A stretch of DNA of 64,000 nt from Gemmatimonadota bacterium (GCA_022825725.1 JAJDWE010000055.1:28919-92918), one strand, 5' to 3'. Shown: positions 45,901-54,046, counted from the first letter of the stretch. A program made the numbers and translations. Notes: a model not told the origin generated them from the sequence alone.

Positions 45901-46784
45901 ATCGCCCGACGCCCGCCGCCCCGCTCGAACTCCATTTCGGCGACGTGGACCGCAACGGCACCCTCGACCTCGTGGAGGCGCAGCGGGACGAACGCCTCGG
46001 CGCCGTGGCGCCGCTGGCCGCGCTGGGCCGCCTCGCCGAACACATCCAGCCCGTCGGTGCGCGCATGCCGACGCGCGCGGCCTACGCCGAAGCGGACGTG
46101 GGCCAGGCGCTGGGCGCGTGGCCGGAGGGTCGGCTGGAGGCGGCGGAGCTGCGGCACACGGTGTTCCTGAACCGGGGCGACCGCTTCGAGGCGGCACCGC
46201 TGCCGCGCGAGGCGCAGCAAGCCCCTTCGCTCGGAGTCCTGGTGGCGGACGCGAACGGAGACGGCCGCGAGGACCTGTTCCTGTCCCAGAACTTCTTCGC
46301 CACGGACGAGGACACTCCGCGTTATGACGCCGGCCGCGGGCTGTGGCTCGCGGGCGATGGGCGCGGCGGGTTCCGCCCGGTCTCGGGGCAGGAGTCCGGG
46401 GTCGCCGCCTACGGAGACCAGCGCGGCGCCGCGGCCGCGGACATCGACGGCGACGGACGCCTCGATTTCGTGCTGGGGATCAACGGCGGCGCCGCGCGCC
46501 TCTTCCGCGGAGCCGGCACTTCCCCGGGCCTGCGGGTGCGCCTCGCCGGACCGGCCGGAAACCCCCACGGAATCGGGGCCGTCCTGCGCATGGCGTACGC
46601 CGACGGCCTCGGTCCCGCGCGCGAAGTCAGGGCCGGGTCCGGGACCGGCTCCCACGACGACCCGGTTCAGATCCTGGGACTCTCGGACGACCCCGTCGCC
46701 ATCGAGGTCCGCTGGCCGGGCGGCGTCGTCGAGCGCGTCGACGTCCCCCCCGGCGCCCGCGAGGTCACCATCGGCCCGCCCTGA
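42993..46784 (+). CDS. FG-GAP/VCBS repeat protein with two ASPIC/UnbV-like modules (CRTAC1 family)
   Basis: About 14 Ca-binding-like FG-GAP cores, e.g. DVNGDGRPDLYL, DVDGDGDLDLLL, DIDGDGDLDLYL, DFDGDGDLDAVV, DLDGDGDPDLLM, DFDGDGRPDLVA, DIDGDGRLDFVL. Two UnbV/ASPIC-like segments (GVGAMVWLEV...AAGGGYLSGSE and GIGAVLRMAY...RAGSGTGSHDD). Start at ATG 42993. Confidence 0.9.
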   Translation: MNRPGSPRRRPASYPSRSAGPRIASRSAYSVLLAAAGACGPTDFSAPSQPVEWTEVPGARWRPLAVEGGEPGFTSVPPSWSGVGFGNVLSDSSFIENQMRGNGSGVAAGDVNGDGRPDLYLARLEGPNALYLNLGDWRFREAAAENGVAAGDRFSTGATLVDVDGDGDLDLLLTSIEGPKSLFLNDGAGRFAEAPAAGLLDSRGGMSSALADIDGDGDLDLYLTRYKSRSVLDLFPGDEVAFPNTVRRTGRGFEVVERFAGHYELAWRADGVVRLERGEADELYLNEFNEGGGEGGGGFRHVPFSSGAFLDADGTPLGGAPTEWGLAARFGDLDDDGDPDLYVANDLHSPDRLWINRGDGTFRLPPPHALPMTSASSMAVDFSDVDRDGDADVFVLDMLARDSRSRKTQDPVSRVEHTPPGEASGAQQVNRNTLLASRGDGTWAEIGRQAGVEASGWSWSALFVDVDLDGFEDLLIPNGHIRDLMDADTQISIREAGLSGERESTLLYRPLPLHNVAFRNLGGTGFEEVGRAWGVAPEPDVSHGAALADFDGDGDLDAVVNRLGSPALLLRNDAAAPRLAVRLRGEAPNTAGVGAMVWLEVEGLPRQTKEVAAGGGYLSGSEAIVSFAMGDAAEGTLGVEWRGGGRSVVRVEGPNRLYEVFEAEASEASGAGTPAPAPTPAAAPWFELDESFGPIHDEPPFAEAARQPLLPLRLSRMGPSVAWHDLDGDGDPDLLMSSGANAAPVLFRNDGGTLVRVTLAGPRAPVDQTAVIPLPAADTARVLLGLSSYEAPPAEVMQVPAVVSAAWPAGAMTSVAVTPVNRGVAPGTSGSVGPLAVADYDLDGRLDLFAGSRVMPGGYPLAGPSRLFRGRPGGGFEEDPRDASVFERLGMVTGAVFTDYDTDGDPDLALSVEWGPVRLLRNDRGRFSDVTEAIGLSAHAGRWNGVSAGDFDGDGRPDLVAISWGDNTEYRPTPAAPLELHFGDVDRNGTLDLVEAQRDERLGAVAPLAALGRLAEHIQPVGARMPTRAAYAEADVGQALGAWPEGRLEAAELRHTVFLNRGDRFEAAPLPREAQQAPSLGVLVADANGDGREDLFLSQNFFATDEDTPRYDAGRGLWLAGDGRGGFRPVSGQESGVAAYGDQRGAAAADIDGDGRLDFVLGINGGAARLFRGAGTSPGLRVRLAGPAGNPHGIGAVLRMAYADGLGPAREVRAGSGTGSHDDPVQILGLSDDPVAIEVRWPGGVVERVDVPPGAREVTIGPP

Positions 46785-46795
46785 CACTCCGCGCC

Positions 46796-48076
46796 TCAGC
46801 TGGAGGGCGTGATCCTCGCCCGAACGACGTACTGGACATCGAAGGCGTCGGTCGCGACGGCCCAGAACTCGTCGCCATGGACGACGGGCGGCAGGAACGG
46901 CAGGGGACTCAGCCCCGGAGAGGTCACCCGTCCGACGTAGACGCCGTCCGCCGAGAAGAGGTCCCAGGTGGCTTCCGAGCCGTTCGCGCTGGCCGAGGGC
47001 GTGCGAACCCAGATATTGCCTTCCACCGAGGTGAAGAGGTTGGCGATGGCGGGTTTGACGTCCGGGATTTTCGACCAGTCGCGGTCGGTGTCCGCACCCC
47101 GTTCGCGGAGGCGCTCCCGGATCCCTTCGATCGCCGCGTCACGATCTTCCCGCGTGACGGGGACATGAGGCTTCTGCGCAACGACGATCAGAGCCGTATC
47201 TCCAGTCAGGTGCTGCCGCCTGATGCGATAACCCGGCGGGTCAGCTTCGTGACCGCCTGCCCAGGCCATCCCCTCTCGGTCGTAGTACCGGACACCGCGG
47301 GGGTAGAAGGGTACGTTCATGAACCCCTGCCTGCGTCCGTCACCCGACTGCCAGGCGAAGCTGGAGGGAGTCCCGCGTCCCCTTCGCTGAAGGGCCTCCT
47401 CGGGAGTAATCCCCCTGCCGGGGTCGCTGGGCGCGGAGATCGACTCCACCAGCTCCATGTTCAGGTCGTACACCTCGAAACCCTGCCGCGATCGGGTGGG
47501 ACGAACGATGCGGCCAGCCGCCGTCATGGTTCCCTGCCAGATATAGCTGTAGAACGAGAAGTGGTAGCGGAAGGACTCCACGAACCCGTTATCGGGGTCG
47601 AACACCGACACGCGGTCGTTCGCCGGATCCGTGACCCAGATGCGGCCGCGCGGATCGAGCATGAGCCCGTGGGCGTCCCGGAGTTCCCCGGGGCCTTCTC
47701 CCTCTCCTCCGTGGGTCGCCCGGTGGGAGCCATCGGCCGCGAAGACGCGGACTTCCTGCGCCTGCGAGTCGAGGACGGCGAAGCCGCCGTCGGGGAGCAC
47801 GACGAGGCCCCTCAACTCGCCGAAAACGTCGGGACCGTCTCCGTCGAAGGATCCGACGCGCAGTTCCTCGACGAGCGTCCACGTCGCAGACGGATTGTGG
47901 GGGACTACGTTGGTAACGCGCTCAACGCCCGATGGCAGCGTCTCCCGGGTTGTGATTCCGCCGGTACTCCCCGGCCGCTCCTGGGCGTAGGCGGGTGCGA
48001 TCAGGGTCAGCCCCGCGATCGTGGTCGACAGGAGTGCGTTCGGGACTCTTCTCGAGGCGCACGCGGTTCCGGGCAT
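46796..48076 (-). CDS. Exported 6-bladed beta-propeller protein (NHL-like)
   Basis: ATG 48076 gives MPGTACASRRVPNALLSTTIAGLTLIAPAYAQ (signal peptide). Repeated blades follow, with patterns such as ..G.GPGEL........D..GRIWV.D..N.RV.VF.. . Confidence 0.75.
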   Translation of the reverse strand: MPGTACASRRVPNALLSTTIAGLTLIAPAYAQERPGSTGGITTRETLPSGVERVTNVVPHNPSATWTLVEELRVGSFDGDGPDVFGELRGLVVLPDGGFAVLDSQAQEVRVFAADGSHRATHGGEGEGPGELRDAHGLMLDPRGRIWVTDPANDRVSVFDPDNGFVESFRYHFSFYSYIWQGTMTAAGRIVRPTRSRQGFEVYDLNMELVESISAPSDPGRGITPEEALQRRGRGTPSSFAWQSGDGRRQGFMNVPFYPRGVRYYDREGMAWAGGHEADPPGYRIRRQHLTGDTALIVVAQKPHVPVTREDRDAAIEGIRERLRERGADTDRDWSKIPDVKPAIANLFTSVEGNIWVRTPSASANGSEATWDLFSADGVYVGRVTSPGLSPLPFLPPVVHGDEFWAVATDAFDVQYVVRARITPSS

Positions 48077-48215
48077 GCTCCATCTCCGGCTGAAGGTCTT
48101 CAACCCTCGTAACCGCCGACTCGCGATTGGGTCCCGCGCTGTCGGCGGGCGGCACGGGTCAGGCATCGAGAACGGGGCCGGCGATGGGCGCGGCCTCAGG
48201 GCGAGATCGGGTTGG

Positions 48216-48671
48216 TCAGCGGGGGGCGGCGCCGCGCGCGAGCCAGCCGTCCAGGCTGAGGCGGTCGTCCTCGTACAGGAGGAGGACGATGACGAGCAGG
48301 AGCGTGCGCGGGATCACGTGCGCGCTGAAGACGTAGAGGGGTTCGGCGAGCAGGTGGCCGAAGGTGACGAGGATGAGGACCCCGCCCAGCCCCAGCGCGG
48401 CGATCCGGCGCCGCCAGCCCGCCAGCATCAGCGCCCCGCAGACGAGTTCGATGAACGGGATCGCGACCCCGGCGGCCCACAGCGACCAGGTGGGAAGAAA
48501 CGTGTCGGCGTAGGCTTCCACGAACAGGCCCCGCGCGTGCTGGACGGCCCCGAGTTCGAACACCTTCCAGAACCCCGCCATGAAGAAGATGAGGCCGAGG
48601 ATCGTCCGCGCCGTGAACGCGGCCCAGCTCCTCGGCGCGAGCGCCTCTCCCGTGTCGGACTCCCGGTTCAT
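48216..48671 (-). CDS. DoxX-family membrane protein
   Basis: ATG 48671 (MNRESD...). Four TM helices with the DoxX-like pattern ..RTILGLIFFMAGFWKVF......IPFIELVCGALMLAGW..R.AALGLGGVLILVTFGH... The rest of track ORF 48216-50195 is antisense to imuB and is rejected. Confidence 0.8.
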   Translation of the reverse strand: MNRESDTGEALAPRSWAAFTARTILGLIFFMAGFWKVFELGAVQHARGLFVEAYADTFLPTWSLWAAGVAIPFIELVCGALMLAGWRRRIAALGLGGVLILVTFGHLLAEPLYVFSAHVIPRTLLLVIVLLLYEDDRLSLDGWLARGAAPR

Positions 48672-48721
48672 GAATAAAAAGTATCCGGCGTCGGCCCGGT
48701 CGGCGACGCGGCCCGGGGCTC

Positions 48722-48749
48722 TTGCATCCCGTTTCGAACCGCTTAGATT
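48722..48749 (+). promoter_or_regulatory. Candidate sigma-70-type promoter for the imuB-dnaE2 cassette
   Basis: TTGCAT - 16 nt - TAGATT sits in an unusually AT-rich patch about 50 nt upstream of ATG 48801. GGAAGAG lies 4 nt before the ATG as a possible SD. Pattern match only. Confidence 0.3.
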
Positions 48750-48762
48750 GGCCGGTCCGATT

Positions 48763-48783
48763 TTCGGTTTTTCTTCGGTTTTT
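48763..48783 (+). repeat. Tandem T-rich direct repeat (TTCGGTTTTT x2, 11-nt period) in the imuB leader
   Basis: Read directly: TTCGGTTTTT C TTCGGTTTTT, followed by GGGTTTGG. It stands out against the GC-rich background. Confidence 0.5.
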
Positions 48784-48800
48784 GGGTTTGGAAGAGTCGC

Positions 48801-50099
48801 ATGGACGCAGGTCGCGGGAGCCGGATGGCGCTCTGCCTCTGGTGGCCGGGGTTCGAACTGGAACTGGAGCGGGTCCGGACTCCGTCGCTCGCGGACCCGC
48901 CGCTCGCGCTGCCGACGGCGGGGGACCGCCGCCGCATCGAGATGGGGTGCGCGCTCGCGGCCTCCTTCGGGGTCGAGCCGGGGATGATCGTCTCGCAGGC
49001 GATCGCGCTCTGCCCTTCGCTCGTCCTCTGCGAACCGGATCCGGATTTCCACGACGCGGCGCGCGACCGGATCGCGGAAGTCCTCCGCGGCTGGAGTCCG
49101 GTCGTTGAGCGCTCGGCCGAGCGGGGACGGTTCTTCGTGGGGGTCGACGGACTCGAACGACTGTACGGTCCGCCGGAGCGTCAGATCGCGGGGCTCCGGG
49201 CGAAGCTCGAGGCGCTGTCGCCGTGGCTCGCGGCGAGCGCCCGGATCGGCTGCGCGCCGGGGAAGTTCGCGGCCTGGGTCGCGGCGCGGTCGGCGGAGCC
49301 TGTCCGGCCGGCGGGGTCGGCGGGCTCCGGTCGGCCGGGCGCGGCCGTCTGCGTGGCACCGGCCGACCTCGCCGCGTTTCTGGCCCCGCAGCCGGTCGAT
49401 GTGCTGCCGGTGTCGCCGCGCATGGTCGAGCGGCTGAAGCGGCTCGGGGTCGAGCGGCTGGCGGGGATCGCGCGCATGCCCGAGCCGGCGCTCGTGTCGC
49501 AGTTCGGGGCCGATGGGCGCCGGGCGCTCGCCTGGGCGCGGGGGACGCGCATCGACCGTGTGCGGCCGGAGGCGCCGGCCCGGCCGATTCGCGTCGCGCT
49601 CGACTTTCCGAGCCCGATCGGGCAGCTCGAACTGCTGCACGCCGCGCTCGACCGGCTCATCGGCCGCGCGCTCGCGCATCCGCGGCGGCGAGGCAAGAGC
49701 GTCCGGGGGCTCAGGGTGTCGGCGAGCCTCGAGGATGGAGGCTCCTGGTCCATTCGCGCGATTGCCCGGGAACCCACGAGCGAGCCGACACGGATCGGGG
49801 CGTTCCTCCGCTCGCGGATCGCGCTCGACCGGCCCCGCCGCGCGGTCGAGACGTTGCGGCTCGAACTCTTCCGCTTCGGCCCGGCGAGCGCGCAGACCGG
49901 GCTCTTCGACCCGAAGGCCGGCGCGCCCCGCGCCTTCGGTTCGCTGGAGACGAAGGATGGCGAGCTGCTGCCCCCGTTCCGGCGCGCGGCGCGCGTACTG
50001 CGGTTGCGGCTGGGCGCCGCCGCGCTGTACCGGGTGCTCGAACTCGAGCCGAACTCCCGGCTCCCCGAGCGCCGGCACGCGCTCATGGAAATCGCGTAG
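48801..50099 (+). CDS. imuB: ImuB-like Y-family DNA polymerase homologue (short form)
   Basis: The N-terminus ..MALCLWWPGFELELERVR....L.....RRRIEMGCALAASFGVEPGMIVSQAIALCPSLV is typical of ImuB/DinB-fold proteins. The gene lies directly upstream of dnaE2. The start is ATG 48801 or 48825. Confidence 0.85.
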   Translation: MDAGRGSRMALCLWWPGFELELERVRTPSLADPPLALPTAGDRRRIEMGCALAASFGVEPGMIVSQAIALCPSLVLCEPDPDFHDAARDRIAEVLRGWSPVVERSAERGRFFVGVDGLERLYGPPERQIAGLRAKLEALSPWLAASARIGCAPGKFAAWVAARSAEPVRPAGSAGSGRPGAAVCVAPADLAAFLAPQPVDVLPVSPRMVERLKRLGVERLAGIARMPEPALVSQFGADGRRALAWARGTRIDRVRPEAPARPIRVALDFPSPIGQLELLHAALDRLIGRALAHPRRRGKSVRGLRVSASLEDGGSWSIRAIAREPTSEPTRIGAFLRSRIALDRPRRAVETLRLELFRFGPASAQTGLFDPKAGAPRAFGSLETKDGELLPPFRRAARVLRLRLGAAALYRVLELEPNSRLPERRHALMEIA

Positions 50100-50124
50100 C
50101 AGCCGTGGCAGAAGCTGGTGACCC

Positions 50125-50427
50125 ATGGCGAAACCCGGCGTGACACCGAGGTCGCGGAAGCCTAAGCCGCCCGCGGGGAAGCTGCGGCCGCTCAACCGCC
50201 CGCGGCCGGTGCGGGTCCGGCTCGGCGGCGCCGGGGTGCCCGTGAGCCTCGAAATCCGGGGGCGCTGGCGACGGATCGGCGACGTGTTCGACCAGTGGCG
50301 GATCGATGACGAGTGGTGGAGGGAACCGATCTCGCGCGTCTACTTCTCGATCGTGCTCGAGAACGGCGCCCACCTCACGGCGTACCACGATCTGATGCTG
50401 GATCGCTGGTTCCTGCAGCCGGAATAG
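50125..50427 (+). CDS. Small conserved-looking protein between imuB and dnaE2 (possible detached ImuB C-terminal domain, DUF6504-like)
   Basis: 100 aa. It starts 25 nt after imuB and ends 4 nt before dnaE2. A basic N-tail is followed by ..VSLEIRGRWRRIGDVFDQWRIDDEWWREPISRVYFSIVLENGAHLTAYHDLMLDRWFLQ. High GC3. Confidence 0.65.
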   Translation: MAKPGVTPRSRKPKPPAGKLRPLNRPRPVRVRLGGAGVPVSLEIRGRWRRIGDVFDQWRIDDEWWREPISRVYFSIVLENGAHLTAYHDLMLDRWFLQPE

Positions 50428-50431
50428 CGCC

Positions 50432-53400
50432 GTGGACGCCCGGCCGCGCGTGACCCCCCGGAGCAGCGTCGACTACGTCGAACTGCACGCGCACTCCGCC
50501 TACTCCTTTCTCGATGGGGCGTCGCGGCCGGAGGAACTCGCGGCGCGCGCGCTCGAACTGGACTATCCCGCGCTCGCGCTCACCGACCACGACGGGCTCT
50601 ACGGCTCGATGGAGTTCGCGCAGTTCGCCCGCGCCCACGGACTCCAGCCGATCACGGGCGCCGAACTCACCCTCGCCTCGCCGTTCGCCGCCGGAGACGT
50701 TCCCGCGGGAACGTCCGGAGGCTGCGCGCCGGCGGGACGGGCGGCGGAAACGGCCGACTGCCACGTCACGGTGCTGGCGGAGAGCGCGGCGGGATACGCG
50801 AACCTGTGCCGGCTCATCACCCGGGCGCACATGGAGAGTCCGCGCGGGGAACCCCGGCTCGACCTCGACGCGCTCCTCGAGCGGCCCGAGGGACTCATCC
50901 TCCTCACGGGGTGCCGCCGGAGTCCCCTTCTCACGGCGCTCGAACGGGGGACGGACGAAGCCGAGCGACTGGCGGGCCGCCTGCGCGACGCCTTCGGTCC
51001 CGGCAGCCTCTTCGTCGAACTCCAGAACAACGCGGTCCACGGCGACCTCGCGCGCGGCCGGGCGCTGAGCGCGCTGGCCGACCGGCTCCGCATCCCGGTC
51101 GTGGCCACGGGCAACGTCCACTACCACGTCGCCGACCGGCACCGTCTCCAGGACATCCTGGTCGCGATCCGGAACCGGACGACGGTCGACGATTCGCACG
51201 ACCTCCGCCGCCCCAACGCCTGCTTCCATCTCGCCTCGCCCCGGGAGATGGCGTGGCGCTTCGCGTCGCGGCCCGACGCGCTCCGCAACACGCGCGCGAT
51301 CGCCGAGCGCTGCCGGGCGTTCGATCTCACGGCCGATCTCGGCTACCGCTTCCCCGATTTCAAGGGGAGCGGCTTCGCCCCCGCCATGCGCGTACTCCAC
51401 CAGGTCTGCCACAGAGCGTTCGAGGTCCGCTACCCCCCCGGCAGCCGATACCGCCGCGAAGCCGAGGAACGGCTCGCCACCGAACTCGCGCTCGTCGACC
51501 GCCATGACCTGGCCGGGTTCTTCCTCGTCTATCACGACATCCTCGAACTCGCCCGGGAGGTCGCGCACCGCGTGCGGGGCGACTCGATGCCGCGCCAACT
51601 GCTCCCCCCCGGCCGCGGTCGCGGGTCCTCGGTCTCCTCCATCATCTGTTATCTGATCGGACTCTCCCACGTGGATCCGGTGCGGACGAACCTCTTTCTC
51701 GGCCGGTTCCTGAACGACGCCATGGAGAGCGTCCCGGACATCGACATCGACTTTGCGCGCGATATTCGCGAGGAACTGATCCTCGCGGTCTACGAGTGCT
51801 ACGGGTACGACCACGTCGGGCTCGTGTGCACCTTCCCCACCTACCGCACGCGCTCGATCGTGCGCGAACTGGGCAAGGCGCTCAGCCTCCCGGTCGGCGA
51901 CGTGGAAAAGCTGGCCAAGCTCGCCGAACCCGGAGAGGACGGGTTCATGGCCGAACTCGAGCGCATTCCCGGCCTCGAGGCGCGCGCGAACTCGCGGATC
52001 TGGCGGGCCTTCGCCGAACTGGCCGAGGAGATCAAGGGGCTCCCGCGGCACATCTCCCAGCATGTGGGCGGGATGATCATCTCGAGCCGGCCGCTGGTGG
52101 AGATCGTCCCGCTCGAGCCCGCCGCGTGGGAGGGGCGCGTCCTCTGCCAGTGGGACAAGGACTCCTGCGACGATGCGAGGTTCATCAAGATCGACTTTCT
52201 CGCGCTCGGAATGCTGTCGCTCGTCGAGGAGGCGGTGGAGACGATCCACGCGCGCCACGGCGAGGCCCCCGACCTCTCCCGCATCGACTACGAGGACGAG
52301 AGGATCTACGACCGCATCTGTTCGGGGGACACGGTGGGCCTCTTCCAGGTCGAGAGTCGCGCGCAGATCCAGATGCTGCGGCGGGTGCGGCCCCGGAACC
52401 TGGGCGACCTCGCGGTCCAGGTCGCGATCGTCCGGCCGGGTCCGATCGTCGGCGGGGCGGTCAACCCCTACGTCCGGCGGCGCGAGCAGCTGCGCAGGGA
52501 CCCGGACTATGTCGTCCCCTACGACCATCCGCTGCTCGAGGAAGTGCTCGGCGAGACGCTGGGCGTGATCATCTTCCAGGACCAGGTGCTGCAGGTGTGC
52601 AAGGCGCTCGCGGGCTTCAGCGACGGGCAGGCCGAGGGACTGCGGCGCGCCATGAGCCGCAAGCGCTCGCGCGAGGCGCTGCTGGGGTACTGGACGACGT
52701 TCCGGGACGGCGCGGCGGCGAAGGGGGTCGGCGGCCCCACGGCGAAGAAAGTGTTCGAGCAGGTCGTCGCGTTCTCGGAATTCGGGTTCCCGAAGTCGCA
52801 CGCGGTGGCGTTCGGGCTCCTCGCCTTCCAGTCCGCCTGGCTCCGCGACCGCTACCCGGCCGAGTACTACGTGGGGCTCTTCAACAACCAGCCGATGGGG
52901 TTCTATTCACTCGACGCGATCGGGCGCGACGCGCGCCGGCACGGGGTCGGCGTCCTGCTGCCGGATCTGAACGTCAGCCGGGTCGCCTGCACCGCCGAGG
53001 GGGACGATGTCCGGATCGGGCTCGGCATGGTCCGCGACTGGGGGACGGAGGCGGCCGAACTCGTGGTGGCCGAGCGCGAGCGCGGCGGACCGTTCGCGTC
53101 GCTGCCCGACTTTCTGCGCCGCACCCCGGCCGCGCTCAAGCGGGCCGCGATCGAGAACCTGATCTGGGTCGGGGGGCTCGACTCGCTGGGGATCGAACGC
53201 CGCGACCTGCTGTGGCAGACGGGGCTCTGGCTGGGTCCGGAGGCCGAGACGGAGGCGGAGCGCCGACGCCGCGAACTCGCGACGAACGCCGCGGGGCTGG
53301 GCGGGGACGCGTCGCCCGTCCGCGGACGGCGAAGCGCCGACCGCTCGGACCAGGGCCAGATCGAACTCGCGCTCGACGACCCCTGTGCGGATCTGCGGTT

Positions 53401-54046
53401 CGCGGGCACGCACGACATGGAGAAGATGATCGCGGAGTACCGCATCCTCTCCCTCGCCGCCTCGCTCCATCATCCGTTCGCGCTCGTGGGGGACCACCTG
53501 CCCGAGCGCACGGTCTCCTCGGCGCGCTTCCCCGATCTCCCCAACGGGAGCCGGGTCCGAGCGGCGGGGATCGTGGTGGCCCGCCAGCGCCCGCACACGG
53601 CCCGTGGATACATCTTCATCCTCATGGAGGACGAGTTCGGACCCATCAACGCGATCGTGAGGCCCGAGGTCTATCGGGAGTGTCGCGCCGCGATCCGCCT
53701 CGAACCCTTCCTCTACATCGATGGCGCGCTTCAGAAGGACGGCGCGACGTACAACGTGCTCGCCGAGGGGGTGTATCCCCTGCGCCTGAGTCCCGAACTC
53801 CGGCTGAGTCGCGAGACGGTCCCCGCCGTGGAGGGAGAGGCGGACACCGCGCCTGCTCCAATCGACCTGGACCCGGAGCCGGATCCTCTGACCCCCGCCC
53901 CGAACCGGATTCCGGCCGGCCATCGGATCGCGGCTGCGACCAACCGGAATCGGCTCGCCGAGCCGGATCCGTTCGCATATCTGGAAGCGCTGAGACGCGA
54001 CCCGCCCCCCACCATGAGCTGGGGCCGCGGCGGCGGCTGCCGTTGA
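50432..54046 (+). CDS. dnaE2: Error-prone DNA polymerase III alpha-type subunit DnaE2
   Basis: PHP domain YVELHAHSAYSFLDGASRPEELAARALELDYPALALTDHDGLYG. Polymerase core (..GRGSSVSSIICYLIGLSHVDP.., ..PDIDIDF.., ..GLPRHISQHVGGMII..). OB fold near the C-terminus. The imuB context fits. A roughly 100-aa low-complexity C-terminal tail follows. Confidence 0.93.
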   Translation: MDARPRVTPRSSVDYVELHAHSAYSFLDGASRPEELAARALELDYPALALTDHDGLYGSMEFAQFARAHGLQPITGAELTLASPFAAGDVPAGTSGGCAPAGRAAETADCHVTVLAESAAGYANLCRLITRAHMESPRGEPRLDLDALLERPEGLILLTGCRRSPLLTALERGTDEAERLAGRLRDAFGPGSLFVELQNNAVHGDLARGRALSALADRLRIPVVATGNVHYHVADRHRLQDILVAIRNRTTVDDSHDLRRPNACFHLASPREMAWRFASRPDALRNTRAIAERCRAFDLTADLGYRFPDFKGSGFAPAMRVLHQVCHRAFEVRYPPGSRYRREAEERLATELALVDRHDLAGFFLVYHDILELAREVAHRVRGDSMPRQLLPPGRGRGSSVSSIICYLIGLSHVDPVRTNLFLGRFLNDAMESVPDIDIDFARDIREELILAVYECYGYDHVGLVCTFPTYRTRSIVRELGKALSLPVGDVEKLAKLAEPGEDGFMAELERIPGLEARANSRIWRAFAELAEEIKGLPRHISQHVGGMIISSRPLVEIVPLEPAAWEGRVLCQWDKDSCDDARFIKIDFLALGMLSLVEEAVETIHARHGEAPDLSRIDYEDERIYDRICSGDTVGLFQVESRAQIQMLRRVRPRNLGDLAVQVAIVRPGPIVGGAVNPYVRRREQLRRDPDYVVPYDHPLLEEVLGETLGVIIFQDQVLQVCKALAGFSDGQAEGLRRAMSRKRSREALLGYWTTFRDGAAAKGVGGPTAKKVFEQVVAFSEFGFPKSHAVAFGLLAFQSAWLRDRYPAEYYVGLFNNQPMGFYSLDAIGRDARRHGVGVLLPDLNVSRVACTAEGDDVRIGLGMVRDWGTEAAELVVAERERGGPFASLPDFLRRTPAALKRAAIENLIWVGGLDSLGIERRDLLWQTGLWLGPEAETEAERRRRELATNAAGLGGDASPVRGRRSADRSDQGQIELALDDPCADLRFAGTHDMEKMIAEYRILSLAASLHHPFALVGDHLPERTVSSARFPDLPNGSRVRAAGIVVARQRPHTARGYIFILMEDEFGPINAIVRPEVYRECRAAIRLEPFLYIDGALQKDGATYNVLAEGVYPLRLSPELRLSRETVPAVEGEADTAPAPIDLDPEPDPLTPAPNRIPAGHRIAAATNRNRLAEPDPFAYLEALRRDPPPTMSWGRGGGCR

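Noticed and set aside
48672-48800. A canonical LexA/SOS box upstream of imuB.
   Set aside because: No CTGT-N8-ACAG, GAAC-N4-GTTC or GTTC-N7-GTTC is present. Only an imperfect TCGAACC-N13-GGTCCGA repeat occurs, and it is reported as a low-confidence candidate rather than as a LexA site.
48672-50195. The upstream 500 residues of the 659-aa minus-strand ORF 48216-50195.
   Set aside because: Only the C-terminal 151 aa, from ATG 48671, form a coherent DoxX-like membrane protein. The remainder is low-complexity, runs antisense to imuB and crosses an AT-rich intergenic region.
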